DNA of 64,000 nucleotides. Source: Epithemia pelagica (Eukaryota; Protista; Bacillariophyta). Positions 1-11,844 of the stretch are shown in pieces. The DNA is taken from assembly GCA_946965045.2 (NCBI GenBank), contig OX337233.1:620001-684000 (forward strand), written 5' to 3'. The translations under genes and the position numbers were made by a program. A model generated the notes under the pieces. The model had not been told where the DNA came from, ran no database searches, and saw only the letters and a list, made by a program, of their open reading frames with translations. How positions within the stretch are numbered: the first letter of the stretch is position 1; the number at the start of each line of letters is the position of its first letter.

Positions 1-329
1 GCTGGCCATTGGGATCGCTGTGGGAGGCCAATTCCCAGAAACTATTCCTTCCAAAATGTGGCGGTGTCTCGCTCCACGATTCGAAAAGTATAAGGCGTGA
101 CTGTTTTCTGTTCACCTCGTCCGGCGTTCTGCACGGCTCAATATGCTGTGTTCGCAGTGCCAGACGGCGCCATGCACGCCGGGCATAGCGTATGATCACT
201 CGCAGCTCAACGGCTGTACGCGTGCCGAGATGTTGCAGGCCATCACTGTGACGTGACGAATTGCGACCGGCACCGAACCGAGAGCGTAACCGAAGAGACA
301 CGGTGCGAGGATCAAAAGCGTCGGACAAT

Positions 330-640
330 GAACATGTGGGATCCCAAACGTTGGTGGATACATGAAACACACTGTGTCTCAACGAAGCTCAACGGTTCGT
401 GGAGTTACTGCGTAGGCGATTGTGAATGAGTGCTTCACGTCAAAAGTTGACGAGATGCCTAGGTAGCAATGTTGCGTTCTTCGAATGTGGGATCCAAAAA
501 ATGTAGGTGGATATTTGACACGGTTCGTGGAGACACTACGCCGGAATGAGAGCTTTGCATCAAAAGCTGATATGCCAAAGCAATGTTTCACATCACAGCA
601 GATCACTTTCTTCGACACACTCTCTTTTCTTTCCGATTAT
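330..640 (+). promoter_or_regulatory. Conserved upstream module of Kelch gene 1 (two copies of a GGGATCC(C/A)AAA...CGGTTCGTGGA...CA(T/CGT)CAAAAG module)
   Basis: Same motifs recur upstream of all four Kelch ATGs (~4868-4960, ~9235-9570, ~14110-14260); regulatory role is inferred from position only. Confidence 0.5.
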
Positions 641-649
641 CAAAGGAAG

Positions 650-2347
650 ATGCAAGAACAAGCAAGATTGTCCAATCTTGCCTTTCCTGACACCAACAAA
701 GATGAAATGCCACAATGGAAGTCCGACTCATGGCCGCCGCTTTTGGGTGGATGGCGTCGGTATCATGCATCGGTTGTTGTGAATGAAGAGAAAAAGGGAC
801 AACAGACAGTCGTTGTCATTGGAGGACAAAAAGCAGAGTTGCTCGTCACAAATTCGGTGTTGTTGATGGATTTGGAAAAGGACACGAAGCAATGGAGGGA
901 AGGTCCAAGTCTGAATCAAAATCGTGCATTTCATGCAGCAGTGGTTTGTAATGGCTCTGTGTACGCAATTGGGGGAGGCTGTAATGGTAAACGTCTGGAT
1001 TCAATCGAGCGGATTGATCTTTTGCATTTGTGGAAATCACCATGTGCTACCAACAACAAGACGCATTGGAAGAAATTGACTTGTACATTGTCCACTCCAA
1101 GAGGCGGATGTCAAGCTGCTGTAGTACATGATCGATTTGTTGTGGTCGTTGGTGGATACAATAGAGAATGCTTGTCGTCGACTGATATCATTGATACGGC
1201 AGAACAAACTCAACACACTGTGATTGCAGGCCCTTCCATGACGACTCCTCGATCTTTGAGTGGAATGGCGGTTGTCGGTCATCGTATCTTTGTCATTGGA
1301 GGGTCCAATGGAAGCTCCGATCTTAACTCCGTAGAATATTTGGATTTCATTGAAGCTTCTCAAGAGACCAATGAGGATGTGGGTTTCATCATTCCTTTAT
1401 CATCGAAATGGAAAGTGCACAAGGATCTGGTCCTTTCTGTCCCCCGAACGCAACATGCTGTTGGGAAAGTCGGGACCTCACTGATCGTGGCAGGAGGTGG
1501 TACCGTCAAAGCTTTGAAGTCGGTAGAAGTATTGGATACAAAGCGCAACGTCGTGTTCAACATACCTGATATGACCACGAGGCGGAACGGTCCTAGTCTG
1601 GTATCATTGTCTGACATGATCGCTGTCATTGGAGGGTTTCGTCAGGATACGTGTGAGACGCTCGCACTGAGTGACACACTTGAACACACCCAGGTACGGC
1701 GTTTGTTGCAGAAAGAATTGGTTGTGATATACCAAGCGACTGGAGAAATAATTGTTTCAAATATTGTTGTTCTGTTCTCTTACGACACTTTGGTGCTCTT
1801 CTTTTCAAAGACATCTCAGAACATGTATTCGTGTCGCGCTGAGCTCGACATGGAACTTGAAAAACTGAAGAGTAAGATTCAACTTGCAAATAGGGATCGT
1901 ATCAATGTCAAGGCGCTGCAAGAGGCAATTGAGGCGGAATCCTTGCTGTCTTTGTTGGAAGGTCTTCGAGATCAGGATGACAAGTTCCGCTCTGTACATG
2001 AGCTTCAAGAAACTATTGACGAACTGAAAGGGAAGCTGCAGAATATGGACAGTTTGGCGGGGTGTCTTCCAATTGCTCGCAAGATTGAAGAACTACAACG
2101 TCTTGTCGACTTGAATGGCAGTTATGGAGATGGAAAGAACGTTGCTGGTCAGAAAGCAAAGGATGAGTTTGAATTTGTATCGGTCACCGGAAACGAAACA
2201 CTACCAATGTCCGGTCATTCTACTGATGAAGACTCGAATGCTTGTTTTAACCCGGAAGAACGACTTATGAAACTGGAAGACATGATGGTTCAACTTTCTG
2301 ATCGGTTTGGTGCACTTGAGAATCTAGTGCTCTCGAAGAAGAACTAG
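650..2347 (+). CDS. Kelch-repeat protein with C-terminal coiled coil, paralog 1 (intron 1694-1810)
   Basis: Six GG-containing Kelch blades (VVVIGG, VYAIGG, VVVVGG, IFVIGG, LIVAGG, IAVIGG) with R-x-x-H/C-A signatures; ATG at 650 aligns with MQE starts of the paralogs; CAG|GTACGG donor and TTTCAAAG acceptor align with paralog introns. Confidence 0.88.
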   Translation: MQEQARLSNLAFPDTNKDEMPQWKSDSWPPLLGGWRRYHASVVVNEEKKGQQTVVVIGGQKAELLVTNSVLLMDLEKDTKQWREGPSLNQNRAFHAAVVCNGSVYAIGGGCNGKRLDSIERIDLLHLWKSPCATNNKTHWKKLTCTLSTPRGGCQAAVVHDRFVVVVGGYNRECLSSTDIIDTAEQTQHTVIAGPSMTTPRSLSGMAVVGHRIFVIGGSNGSSDLNSVEYLDFIEASQETNEDVGFIIPLSSKWKVHKDLVLSVPRTQHAVGKVGTSLIVAGGGTVKALKSVEVLDTKRNVVFNIPDMTTRRNGPSLVSLSDMIAVIGGFRQDTCETLALSDTLEHTQVRRLLQKELVVIYQATGEIIVSNIVVLFSYDTLVLFFSKTSQNMYSCRAELDMELEKLKSKIQLANRDRINVKALQEAIEAESLLSLLEGLRDQDDKFRSVHELQETIDELKGKLQNMDSLAGCLPIARKIEELQRLVDLNGSYGDGKNVAGQKAKDEFEFVSVTGNETLPMSGHSTDEDSNACFNPEERLMKLEDMMVQLSDRFGALENLVLSKKN

Positions 2348-2796
2348 AGGTCCATTTGCCATTTCGAGACGGCGGACCAGGTCCATTCTGTCATGTTTGT
2401 GATCTTAGCATTACGACCACATATTACGTCCTCCTAGTATAAAGTGATGAAATGTCCAATTCTTGCGTGTTGTTTGAAATAACGACAATGATTGCTGTGT
2501 CGTATTTACCTCAATTCCTTGAAGGGAATGGAGGTGGAGCACTATAAGATACAGGGTCGGAACTCCTCTTGTCGTTTCCGTGGGCGGATTTCGATTATAT
2601 ATGTGTGTGTTGGTGGTTCTCCGGTGGAACAATAGAGGGTGGAACAATAGAAGGTACAGCGTTCCAACAGCTCGTCTCACGTGGGCGGAATTTGATCATA
2701 AAGGTGTGTGATGGTGGTGGTTCTGTGGGGCACTATATAGAGAAAGAGAAAGACATTTGTCGTTTTCGGTGTTTGGCCGTTGGCAAGAAAGATCGT

Positions 2797-4100
2797 TTAC
2801 CACACTTTCCCCCACGGACGGCGATGCGGTGGGTCGTTGGTAGTATTGTTGTTCTTCGAAACAGGTTTTGTTGCTGTCGTCGTCGTCGTCGTTACTTTGT
2901 CGATGGTTTCATCCTGGTCCTTGCTATCGAGACGATTCGTGCCGTCGTCGTACTTTTGGTGGTGGTTGTCCGGGAAGTGGGTGCTGTTGCTGCTTCTGCT
3001 ACTGCGGGATTGTAGTGGCTCGCGGGTGGAGGCATGAGGTGTCGTTGCCACGGTCGTCGTCGTCGTCGTCGTGGGGTGACTACCACCATCCTCTTGGTTC
3101 TTTTTCTTCTCCTCCTCCTTCTCCATGGGCGAGGAGGAAAGTGATAAGGACCCAAGAATGGAGGACAGAGTTGGGTCTTGAAGAATCATGGTTTTCACGT
3201 GATTCGTGCCTTGCTCCCAATAGTCTTGCATCCACCTGGAGGGCTTTGTGCCTTGTTCTTGTTCCAATAGTTTCTTTTTTCGTTCACGATACTTGACTTA
3301 TTGTTCTGCCTTGGCTAGGGCGAGGAGCCATTGATCGCGTTCCTCGAGGGCTTGTTGTTGTTCTTCCACTTGACCGCCTCCAGTTGTGGGAATCACTACG
3401 TGCGTTGTATAATTTTGGAAGCAGAAGTACGAATGGGAGTATACTTCCACTATGATCGTCGTCGGCAAAGCGATCGCCGCCTGGTCCCACTTGTGTCGTT
3501 GTCGTCGTTGAGGATGGAGAATGAAGTGGTGGTGCCGAGGTTTGTGGGTGTTGTCGTTGTTCTTTTTCATCTTGGGCCAATCGTTCTTCCAAGGCATGAA
3601 TGCGTTGTAACGAGGCAGACAGGGAAGGAGATAGGTGGAGGGCTTCGTCGTTATTGTCGTCTAGGGTGTCGTTCTGGTTGGAATCCAGTGTGTTTGGAGA
3701 TGTCTACTTTGATTAGTGGAGGATGCATCCGATTAGGATTCGTTTGTGGTTGCCGCCGACGACGCAAGGGCTGGTGCTGCTGTTTGTTGTTGCTGTCGTC
3801 GAACCGGACGACATTCGTTGTTGTGAATCGTTCTTGCCATGTATAGTACTATACTGACGCCAATGAATTTGATGAAAGCGGTCAGAGTATCGAGTCTCCT
3901 CATGCTTGGATGATTGCTTTGGAACAACCCTACACGTACGACGAGTCATCGTGCATCCAATGGTGTCGAGGACGACGACGACCTGGTCCAGAGTGATAAG
4001 GAAAATGGATCATTGTCACGAAATGTCTGTGAATTGGATCTTCCGTCTGTCCATCTGTCAAGATACGACTCGCGTTTAGGTCGCTTGCTTCAAGGAAAGA
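2797..4100 (-). pseudogene. Decayed copy A of the partner membrane-protein gene (intact copy 16357-18504)
   Basis: Retains GGGQVEEQQQALEERDQWLLALAKAEQ, GTNHVKT, LSSILGSLSLSSSP and PHRRPWGKVW*, but has a premature TAA after AEQ, frameshifts and deletions. Confidence 0.85.
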
Positions 4101-4149
4101 TACCTTTTTTGTGTGCAAAGATGAAAGATCCAAACGAAAGCAATAAAAG

Positions 4150-4340
4150 AGATGTCATGAAGATGCGATGGTGTTTTGATTATAGTCGCCACTTTCCTGG
4201 CACCGGCTGTCGCCATATTCTTGTGTTGCGAATGGTACGGTCGTCCCCTCATGCAAGCCTGATACGACTCCGATTGAGCCTCGCTCGCATTGCAAGAATG
4301 CGTCCAACGACATCTCTCACACAACACGAAGAGTTGTAGA
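4150..4340 (+). pseudogene. Inverted fragment of the partner gene (TM region)
   Basis: + strand reads IIVATFLAPAVAIFLCCEWYGRPLMQA*YDSD*ASLALQECVQ, matching NIVATVLAPTLGIILFCEWYGRPQLEAYESDRALLELQEMVE of the intact - strand gene. Confidence 0.8.
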
Positions 4341-5078
4341 TTGTCACAAGGCCTATATTGTGTGGCGACCATGGCAACACGTTTCTTGAGGAAACCACCA
4401 TCTTTACCATCTCAGTGGTCCATATCGTTCTGTCTTGTGCGATGCGAGAATACCCAATCCTCCATCCAAGAAGAAGGCCACAGTACCCTTCTCTCCTTCC
4501 ACAAGTACTAAAACCAAGAAAATCCATCTCTGGGTGAAGCGACATCCGTTCCTTGCAAGACGCGTTGGATCGATGCATGTGCCGTTTTGGGTCGCTCCAC
4601 GATCGAACATCCATTCACGATCCATACCTCCACTGTGAAATGTTGCCTTGTGTATGACTGATCGCTCAGTGCCAGCCAGTTCGATCCATTCCACGCTGGT
4701 CCGATGCACACTTGCAACAGTTCCACGGCTGTGGTAAAGCGCGTGACGAGATGCCACACGCCATTTCAGCAAGAGAGATGAGGTGATGCTTGGCGACCAT
4801 AACCATCAAACCGATCCAACAAACACGATGCGTGGATCATTGATGAAGAGAAACGAAAGCAGCGGACAGGTGGGATCCAAAACATTGGTGCAACACATCA
4901 CTGTGTATCAAAAAACATCACCGTTCATAAATGAAGCTCCACGCTTCGTGGAGTGGCTACGAAGGCGATTTCGTTTGGGTGTTTCGTATAGAAAGCAATA
5001 ATTCACATCAAAAACCAGCTATCCACATCGCGCTTCCTTTGACCCACTTTTTCTTGGGTTGCCACATATCAAAGGATC

Positions 5079-7403
5079 ATGCAAGAAGAAGCGCGATTGT
5101 CCAATCTTGTCTTTTCTGACACGGGCAAAGATGAAACGCCGCAATGGAAGTCCAACTCATGGCCGCCGCTTTTGGGTGGATATCGTTATTTCCCTGCATC
5201 CGTTGTTGTGAATGGCGAGACAAACGAAAAAGAGACAGTCGTTGTCATTGGAGGATATACTTTAAACGGCGCCACAAATTCGGTGTTGTTGATGGATTTG
5301 GAAAAGGACACGAAGCAATGGAGGGAAGGTCCAACCCTGAAACAACCTCGTGGTGGACTTGCAGCTGTGGTTTGTAATGGCTTTGTTTACGCATTGAAAG
5401 GCTATTGTAAGGGTCGTTTTCTGAATTCAATAGAGCGGATTGATCTTGTAGATTTGTTGAAGTCACCAACTACTACCAACGACAAGAAGCAATGGACTAC
5501 ATTGAACTGTCAAGTATCCACATCAAGATGCGGATGCCAAGCTGCTGTGGTACACAATCGTTTTATTGTGGTCGTTGGTGGATACAATGGAAGTCACTTG
5601 TCGTCGACTGATATTATTGATACGGCTGAGCAAACTCAACACATTGTCGTTGCAGGCCCTCCCATGACGGTTCCTCGATTTGTCGGTGGATTGGCGGTTG
5701 TCGGTCATCGCATCTTTGTCATTGGTGGCAACGATGGAACTTCCGCTCTCAAGTCTGTTGAATATCTGGAATTCATGGAATCATTTTCTGAGACCAATGA
5801 TGACGATTTGAGTTCTGTCTTTCCTTCATCGTCAAAGTGGAAAGTTCACAAGGATCTCGTCCTCTCTGTCCCTCGCATGGAACATGCTGTTGCCAAAGTA
5901 GGGACTTGTCTGATTGTGACTGGAGGTAAACCCTTTTATTCTTCACAATCAGTAGAAGTATTAGACACAAAGCGCAACGTGGTGTTCCACATACCTGTTA
6001 TGAACCAGGAGCGGTCTGCTCATTGTGCGGTTTCATTCACGCACGGAATTGTTGTCATCGGAGGGAAGTATACGAAAACCTGTGAAACGCTCTCATTGAT
6101 TAACGTGCAGCAACTTTTCAAGGTACGGTTTTGTGTCATCGCAAAAGGGACTAAAGCAACTTTTGTTTTAAAGATTGTTGTATTGTTCTCATACGACAAT
6201 TTCGTGGTTTTTTTTTCAAAGACATTCCAGAACATGTTTTCGTGTCGTGCCAAGCTCAACATGGAAGTAGAGAAACTCAACGGTAAGATTCAACGTGCAA
6301 ATACGGATCGCAGCAATGTCAGAGTGCTGCAAGAGGCCATTGAGGCCGAATCCTTGCTGCCTTTGATGGAATGGCTTCGTGATCACGACGACAAGGTCCG
6401 CTCTATCCAGGAGCTTCACGAACTTATTAATGAAATGAAAGGAAAGTTACAGGATATGGATAGTTTGTCGGGGTGTCTTCCATTTGTTCGCAAGATTGAA
6501 GAGCTACAACGGCTTGTCGACTGGAATGAGAGTTTTGTTGATGAAAAGAAGCTTGTTGATCAGAAAGCAGATGTTGAGACTCAGTCCGGTTCGGTGAGCG
6601 GAAAGGAAGCACTACCGTTGTCGGAACGTACCACTCGTGAGCTTGTCAACTTGGATGAGAGTTTTGTTGATGAAAAGAAGCGTGTTGGTCAGAAAGCAGA
6701 GATTGAGACTGAGTCCTGTTCAGTGAGCGGAAAGGAAATACTGCCGGTGTCGGAACGTTCCACTATTGAGCTTGTCGACTCAAATGAAAGTTTCGTTGAT
6801 GAAAAGAACCTTGCTGCTCCGAAAGCAGATGTCGAGACTGAGTCCTGCTCGGTGAGCGGAAAGGAAACACTACCGGTGTCGGAACGTACCACTCTTGAGC
6901 TTGTCAACTTGGATGAGAGTTTTGTTGATGAAAAGAAGCGTGTTGGTCAGAAAGCAGATATTGAGACTGAGTCCTGTTCAGTGAGCGGAAAGGAAATACT
7001 GCCGGTGTCGGAACGTTCCACTATTGAGCTTGTCGACTCAAATGAAAGTTTCGTTGATGAAAAGAACCTTGCTGCTACGAAAGCAGATGTCGAGACTGAG
7101 TCCTGCTCGGTGAGCGGAAAGGAAACACTACCGGTGTCGGAACGTACCACTCTTGAGCTTGTCGACTTGAATGTCAGTTTTGTTGATGAAAAGAACCTTG
7201 CTGGTCGGGAAGCAGAAGATGAGTTTGAATTCGTATCGGTGACCAGGAATGAAACACCACCAGTGTCCGGCTGTTCTACTGATGAACTTTCGAATGCTTG
7301 TGATAACCCGGAAGAACGAGTTATGAAACTGGAGGACATGATGGTTCAACTTTTGGATCGGGTTGGTGTGCTTGAGAATCTTATGCTCTCAAAGAACAAC
7401 TAG
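5079..7403 (+). CDS. Kelch-repeat protein paralog 2 with expanded 43-aa repeat tail (intron 6123-6221)
   Basis: Six Kelch blades; AAG|GTACGG donor, TTCAAAG acceptor; coiled coil followed by a repeat region. Confidence 0.88.
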   Translation: MQEEARLSNLVFSDTGKDETPQWKSNSWPPLLGGYRYFPASVVVNGETNEKETVVVIGGYTLNGATNSVLLMDLEKDTKQWREGPTLKQPRGGLAAVVCNGFVYALKGYCKGRFLNSIERIDLVDLLKSPTTTNDKKQWTTLNCQVSTSRCGCQAAVVHNRFIVVVGGYNGSHLSSTDIIDTAEQTQHIVVAGPPMTVPRFVGGLAVVGHRIFVIGGNDGTSALKSVEYLEFMESFSETNDDDLSSVFPSSSKWKVHKDLVLSVPRMEHAVAKVGTCLIVTGGKPFYSSQSVEVLDTKRNVVFHIPVMNQERSAHCAVSFTHGIVVIGGKYTKTCETLSLINVQQLFKVRFCVIAKGTKATFVLKIVVLFSYDNFVVFFSKTFQNMFSCRAKLNMEVEKLNGKIQRANTDRSNVRVLQEAIEAESLLPLMEWLRDHDDKVRSIQELHELINEMKGKLQDMDSLSGCLPFVRKIEELQRLVDWNESFVDEKKLVDQKADVETQSGSVSGKEALPLSERTTRELVNLDESFVDEKKRVGQKAEIETESCSVSGKEILPVSERSTIELVDSNESFVDEKNLAAPKADVETESCSVSGKETLPVSERTTLELVNLDESFVDEKKRVGQKADIETESCSVSGKEILPVSERSTIELVDSNESFVDEKNLAATKADVETESCSVSGKETLPVSERTTLELVDLNVSFVDEKNLAGREAEDEFEFVSVTRNETPPVSGCSTDELSNACDNPEERVMKLEDMMVQLLDRVGVLENLMLSKNN
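6513..7280 (+). repeat. Coding 129-bp (43-aa) tandem repeat: five full units plus a terminal variant
   Basis: ATGAAAAG recurs at 6541, 6670, 6799, 6928, 7057 and 7186 (129-bp spacing); units 2/4 and 3/5 are nearly identical. Confidence 0.95.
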
Positions 7404-7828
7404 GTCCATTTGCCATTTCGAGACGGCGAACCAGGTCCATTCTGTCACGTTTGTGATCTTTTCGCATTCCGACCACAGATTACGCCTTCCTAGTATAAAG
7501 TGATGAAATGTCAAACTCTTGTGTGTGGTTTGAAATAACGACAATGATTGCTGTGTCGTATTTTTCTCAATTCCTTTAAGGGAATGGAGGTGAAACACTT
7601 TAAGGTACAGAGCCGGAACACCTCGTCTTCGATCATATAAATGTGTTGGTGGTCTCACGTGGAACCATATATGGTACAGCGCTGGAACACGTCGTCTCCA
7701 GTGGGCGGAATTCGATTAAAAGGTGTGTGTTGGTGTTGGTTCGCTATGAGACGCCAGAGAGAGGTATTTGTCGTTTCCCGTGTGTGAGTGTTGTGGTTCG
7801 TGGATTGACAAGAGCCAACAGAGATCGT

Positions 7829-9020
7829 TTACCACACTTTCCACCACGGACGACGATGCTGTGGGTCGTTCTTAGTATTGATGTTGTTCGAAACGGGTTT
7901 TGTTGGTGTCGTCGTCGCCGTTGGCGTGTCGTTCGCGTCGCCGTTTTTGTCCTTGTTGTCGAGACGATTCGTTGTGACGACGTCGTCCTTTGGGGGGCGG
8001 TGCTTGTCCATGAAGTGGGTGCTACTTCTGCTGCTGTTGCGGCGTTGTAGTGCTTCACGGGTAGAAGGTGGCGATGGCACGGTCGTCGTCGTAGTGGGTT
8101 GCTGCTACCATCCTCTTGGTTTTTCGCCTCCTCTTCCACAGGTGAGGAGGGAAGTGAAAAGGACGCAAGAATGGAAGACAGAGTTTTTGGGTCTTTAGGA
8201 ATCATGGTTCGTGCCTTGCTGCCACAAGTCTTGCATCTACCCGGAGGGTTGCTTGCCTTGTTCGTGTTCCAATTGTTTCTTTTTTCGTTTGTGATACTTG
8301 ACTTGTTCGGCCTTGTCCAGGGCGAGGAGCCATTGATCGCGTTCCTCGAGGGCTTGTTGTTGTTCTTCCACTTGACCGCCTCCAGTGGTGGGAATGACCA
8401 TGGGCGTATTTGTATTGGTGGTTGTATTTGAAATACTTGGAGTACTCTTGCTATGGTCATCGTCGGCAAAGAGGAGATCGCCACTCGTCATGACTTGTAT
8501 CGATGAGGATGGAGAAGTAAGTGGTGCCGAAGTTTGTCGTTGTTCTTATTTTTGATGGGCCAATCGCGTTGAAGTAAGACGGACAGAGAAGAAGATAGGT
8601 GCAGTGCACCGACGAGCGATTTGTAGTTGGGTGCGATTTTTTGTGTATCGAGAATGCGATGCCCGTTTGTATATCGACTTGATAATCTGCATCCTACGTC
8701 CTCAAAATGGGTTGACGGACCCATTGGAAGCGACTGTAAGCCGTATCCAATCTTTGTTGGACCATGCCAGCCGTTGTCCCTGTAGCATTGAATTGCACAC
8801 ATGCCGTTTTGGCTTAGACGATTACTTTGGCATAGCCGCTACACGTACAACGTGTGGTCGTTCATGTGATGGTGGCAAGGACGACGACGGCATCGTCCAG
8901 AGTGACATGGTTATCCCAAAGAAGAGAAAGGATTATTGAAACGACGACTCTGTGATGGGTCATGGTGATCAGTGCTGATGGATCTTTCGTCTGTCCATCT
9001 ATCAACCGCTTAGTCGCGTA
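7829..9020 (-). pseudogene. Decayed copy B of the partner gene with a large internal deletion
   Basis: RILDTQKIAPNYK is joined almost directly to ALHLSSSLSVLLQR, so the TM region is lost; frameshifts; ends PQHRRPWWKVW*. Confidence 0.85.
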
Positions 9021-9668
9021 GCGGTCTCTTCAAGCCAATAATGCTTCGACCTTCCACATCCGCAGTGCCAGCCGGCACCATGCACGCCGGGCATGGCGCA
9101 TGATCACTCGCAGCCCAACGGTTGTACTTGGCACTTGTACGGCTGCCAAGATGCTACCCGCCACTCACGCGACGGTTTGTGACCGACAGCGAACCGAGCA
9201 ACAGACAATGAACACACATACTCATTACTCATATGTCTGGGATCCCAAACGTTGGTGGATACATGAATCAAACGGTGGCTCAACGGTTCGTGGAGTTACT
9301 GCGTAGGCGATTTGGATCATTGCGTCACATAAAAAGAAGACAATGAACACATAATATATGTCGGGGATCCCAAACGTTGGTGGATACATGAAACAAACGG
9401 TGTCTCAATGAAGCTCAACGGTTCGTGGAGTCGGTTTTGGATTATTGCGGAAGCAATGTTTCACATCAAAAACTGAGCTCCAAATCGCTTTCTTCGATGG
9501 CACCCAAAAGGTCAACGAAGCTCCACGGTTCGTGGACCGTGATGAGAGCTTCACATCAAAAGCTGACATGAGCAATGTTTCACTTCCAAACATGATCATT
9601 TTCTTCGACACACTTTATTATTGTGTTGCCAGCTCTATCAAACGACCATGCAAGAATTCTATCAAAAG

Positions 9669-11436
9669 ATGATGCAAGAAAAAGCGAGATTATCCAATCT
9701 TGTCTTTCCTGAGACGAACTATGATCAAATGCCACAATGGAAGTCCGACACATGGCCGCCGCTTTCGGGAGGATTGCGCCGGTTTCATGCATCGGTTGTT
9801 GTGAATGGCGACAAAAAGGAAAAACAGACAGTCGTTGTTATTGGAGGACATAAAGGAAAGGGTGTCACAAATTCGGTGATGTTGATGGATTTGGAAAGGT
9901 GGCGAAAAGGTCCAAGCTTGAATCAACATCGTGGTGGACTTGCAGCAGTGGTTTGTAATGGCTCTGTGTACGCAATGGGGGGACGCTGCGATGGCCAACT
10001 TCTGGATTCAATCGAGCGGATTGATCTTTTGGATTTGTGGAAATCACCATGTGCTACCAACAACAAGACGCATTGGGAGACATTGACTTGTACATTGTCC
10101 ACTCCAAGAGACGGATGTCAAGCTGCTGTGGTACATAATCGTTTTATTGTGGTCGTCGGTGGAGATAATTACAGCTACCTGTCGTCGACTGATATTATTG
10201 ATACCACAGGACAAAATCAACACATTGTCACTCCAGGCCCTTCCATGACGGTTCCTCGATATTTGTGTGGAATGGCTGTTGTTGACCATCGCATCTTTGT
10301 CATTGGTGGGATGAAGCGAGGTTCCAAATTAAACTCTGTCGAATACCTGGACTTCAGTGAAGTTTCTCATGACAACAATGAGGATGTGAATTTCAGCTTT
10401 CCCTCATCGTTTCAATGGAAGGTCCACAAGGATCTGGTCCTTTCTATTCCTCGGTATGCACACGCTGTTGCGAAAGTCGGGACGTGTCTGATTGTGACAG
10501 GAGGTGATTCCGAGAAAACTTTGAAGTCAGTTGAAGTATTGGACACGAAGCGCAACGTGGTGTTCAACTTACCTGATTTGACCGTGGAGCGCGACGCTCA
10601 TAGTGCGGTTTCATTTTTGGACCGAATTGTGGTCATTGGAGGCTCGAAGAAGACATGTGAGTCGCTTGCATCGATTGACATGCAGGAAAACACCAAGGTA
10701 CGATCTTGTTATCACAAACAACTGGAGGAACCGCTTTCAAACATTCTCACAACCCTGTTTCTTCTCGCAGAGTCTCCAGAACAGGTATTCGTGTCGTGCT
10801 GAGCTCGACATGGAACTTGAAAAAATGAAGAGTAAGATTCAACTTGCAAACAAGGATCGCAGCAATGTCAAGGCGCTGCAAGAGGCCATTGAGGCGGAAT
10901 CCTTGCTGCCTCTGATGGAATGGCTTCGTAATCACGACGATAAGCTCCGCTCTGTACAGGAACTTCGAGCTGGTATTGACGAATTGAAAGGGAAATTGAA
11001 AGATATAGATAGTTTTATGGGGTGCCTACCAATTGCACGCAAGATTGAAAAACTACAACAGCTTGTCGACTCAAATGAAAGTTTCGTTGATGAAAAGAAC
11101 CTTGCAGCTCCGAAAGCAGATGTCGAGACTGAGTCCTGCTCGGTGAGCGGAAAGGAAACACTACCGGTGTCGGAACGTACCACTCTTGAGCTTGTCGACT
11201 TGAATGGGAGTTTTGTTGATGAAAAGAACCTTGCTGGTCAGAAAGCAAAGGATGAGTTTGAATTCGTATCGGTGACCGGAAACGAAACACTACAAGTGTC
11301 CAGTCATTCTTCTGATGAACTCTCGAATGCTTGTTATAGCCCCGAAGACCTAGTTATGAAACTGGAAGACATGATGGTTCAACTTTCTGATCGGGTTGGT
11401 GTGCTTGAGAATCTAGTCCTCTCGAAGAAGAACTAG
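9669..11436 (+). CDS. Kelch-repeat protein paralog 3 (intron 10698-10770)
   Basis: Removing the 73-nt AAG|GTACGA...TTCTCGCAG intron joins ORFs 9621-10802 and 10603-11436 in frame (ENTK-SLQNRYSCRAELDMELEK). Confidence 0.88.
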
Positions 11437-11844
11437 GTCCATTGGCCATTTCGAGACGGCGAACCAGGTCCATTCTGTCATGTTTGTGATCCTTTAGCAT
11501 TACGACCACATATAACGTCTTCCTAGTATAAAGTGATGAAATGTCCAACTCTTGTATGTGGTTTCAAATAACGACAATGATTTCTGTATCGTATTTTCCT
11601 CAATTCCTTGCAGGGAATGGAGGTGAAACACTCTAAGGTACAGAGTCTCCGTGGGCGGATTTCGATCATAGATTTGTGTGTTGGTGGTTCTATGGTGGAA
11701 CAATGGTAGGTAGAGAGTTGCAACACCTCGTCTCTCGTAGGCGGAATTCGATCATATACGTTGGTGGTGGTTCTCGGTGATCTTTATAGAGAAAGAGACA
11801 GACATTGCCGTTTCCTGTCTGTGGCCGTTAGCACCAAGGATCGT

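Noticed and set aside
485-649. N-terminal extension of Kelch 1 from ATG 485
   Set aside because: Paralogs start at the aligned MQE; the upstream part corresponds to the shared non-coding module, which is not open in other copies
6513-7280. Regular repeats as a CRISPR-like array
   Set aside because: No unique spacers; the 129-bp units are in-frame coding repeats in a eukaryotic gene
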